The notes below the pieces were generated by a model. The model worked only from the letters and a program-made list of their open reading frames with translations. It made no database searches and had not been told where the DNA came from. A stretch of DNA of 64,000 nucleotides from Squalus acanthias. Its lineage: Eukaryota. The position numbers and the translations under genes were made by a program. The stretch is taken from contig CM059432.1 of NCBI GenBank assembly GCA_030390025.1, positions 145,826,001 to 145,890,000 on the forward strand, read 5' to 3'. The stretch's first letter is position 1; the number at the start of each line of letters is the position of its first letter. Below are positions 62,801 to 64,000 of the stretch, in pieces.

Positions 62801-64000
62801 AAGCCTGACATCGGTAGTGGGGAAAATGCTAGAGTCCATTATAAAGGATGTAATAGCTGAGCATTTGAAAAACAGTGACAGGATCGGACAAAGTCAACAT
62901 GGATTTACAAAAGGTAAATCGTGCTTGACTAATCTACTGGAATTTTTTGAGGATGTAACTGGGAAAATAGATAAGGGAGAACCAGTAGATGTGGTGTATT
63001 TGGACTTTCAAAAGGCTTTCAATAAGGTCCCGCATAAGAGATTAGCGGGTAAAGTTAAGGCACATGGGATTGGGGGCAAGGTATTGACTTGGATAGAGAA
63101 CTGGTTGGCGGACAGAAAGCAGAGAGTAGGAATTAATGGGTCTTTTTCCGAGTGGCAAGCAGTGACTAGTGGGGTACCGCAGGGATCGGTCCTTGGACCC
63201 CAGCTATTCACAATATACATTAATGATCTAGATAAGGGAATTAAATGTAATATCTCCAAGTTTGCAGATGACACAAAGCTGGGTGGGAGTGTGTGCAGCG
63301 AGGAGGATAGCGAGAAACTCCAGGATGATCTGGACAGGTTGGGTGAGTGGGCAGAAGCGTGGCAGATGCAATATAATGTGGATAAGTGCGAGGTTATCCA
63401 CTTTGGTGTCAAAAACAGAAAGGCAGACTATTATCTGAATGGCAATAGATTGGGAGAAGGGGAAGTGCAACAAGACCTGGGTGTCCTTGTGCACCAGTCA
63501 CTGAAAGTAAGCATGCAGGTGCAGCAGGCGGTAAAGAAGGCAAATGGTATGTTGGCCTTCATAGGAACAGGGATGTCCTGCTGCAGTTGTACAGGGCCTT
63601 GGTGAGACCACACCTTGAGTACTGTGTGCAGTTTTGGTCGCCTTATCTGAGGAAGGATGTTCTTGCCATGGAAGGAGTTCAGCGAAGATTCACAAGGCTG
63701 ATACCTGGGATGGCAGGAATGACATATGAGGAGAGATTGGGTCGATTGGGCTTATACTCACTGGAGTATAGAAGAATGAGAGGGGATCTCATCGAAACAT
63801 ATAAAATTCTGACAGGTCTGGACAAACTAGATGCAGGAAGAATGTTCCCGATGGTCGGAGAGTCCAGAACCAGGGGTCATAATCTACGGATAACGGGTAA
63901 ACCATTTAGGACAGAAATGAGGAAGAATTTCTTCACCCAGAGAGTGGTGAACCTGTGGAATTCTCTACCACAGAAGGTAGTTGAGGCGAAGTCATTAAAT
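59821..64000 (+). mobile_element. Near-full-length CR1 LINE: 5' UTR, ORF1 (zinc finger + SGNH esterase, 60170-61121), ORF2 (APE + RT, from about 61244), running off the window; frameshifted
   Basis: 'CSSCNMWE...CGKC', 'IGDSIVR...HIGIND...DGLH'; 'LNARSIRNK...ETW...GDFN...SDH'; 'GVPQGSVLGP...FADD'; breaks near 60527, 62800 and 63570. Confidence 0.96.

Noticed and set aside
46023..64000. AVL9 exon 1 / CpG promoter
   Set aside because: No 'VVVGFHHKKG'-type coding sequence found; the CpG-rich blocks here are transposons

Overview
Eukaryotic (vertebrate) genomic DNA, almost certainly from a cartilaginous fish, judging by the shark-type CR1, Deu-SINE, V-SINE and Penelope repeats. The window holds 12 consecutive coding exons of the minus-strand gene AVL9 (DENN-like late secretory pathway protein; exons 2-13 by vertebrate numbering). 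All have canonical AG/GT ends and join in frame; exon 1 and the 3' exons were not found and probably lie outside the window. The introns are densely filled with CR1, Zenon-like and L2 LINEs, tRNA-derived SINEs, probable solo LTRs, PIF/Harbinger-type MITEs with 3-bp target duplications, and Penelope-like element (PLE) remnants. Most notable: (1) two PLE families whose ends carry minimal hammerhead ribozyme motifs with covarying stems, some in the sense orientation of the AVL9 pre-mRNA and inside near-perfect inverted repeats; (2) a three-copy hairpin-rich MITE carrying promoter motifs and several consensus splice donors, with a flip/flop hairpin loop; (3) a 116-bp near-perfect foldback that looks like a replication template switch. 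Repeat boundaries are approximate; family names come from recognition of motifs, not from database searches.
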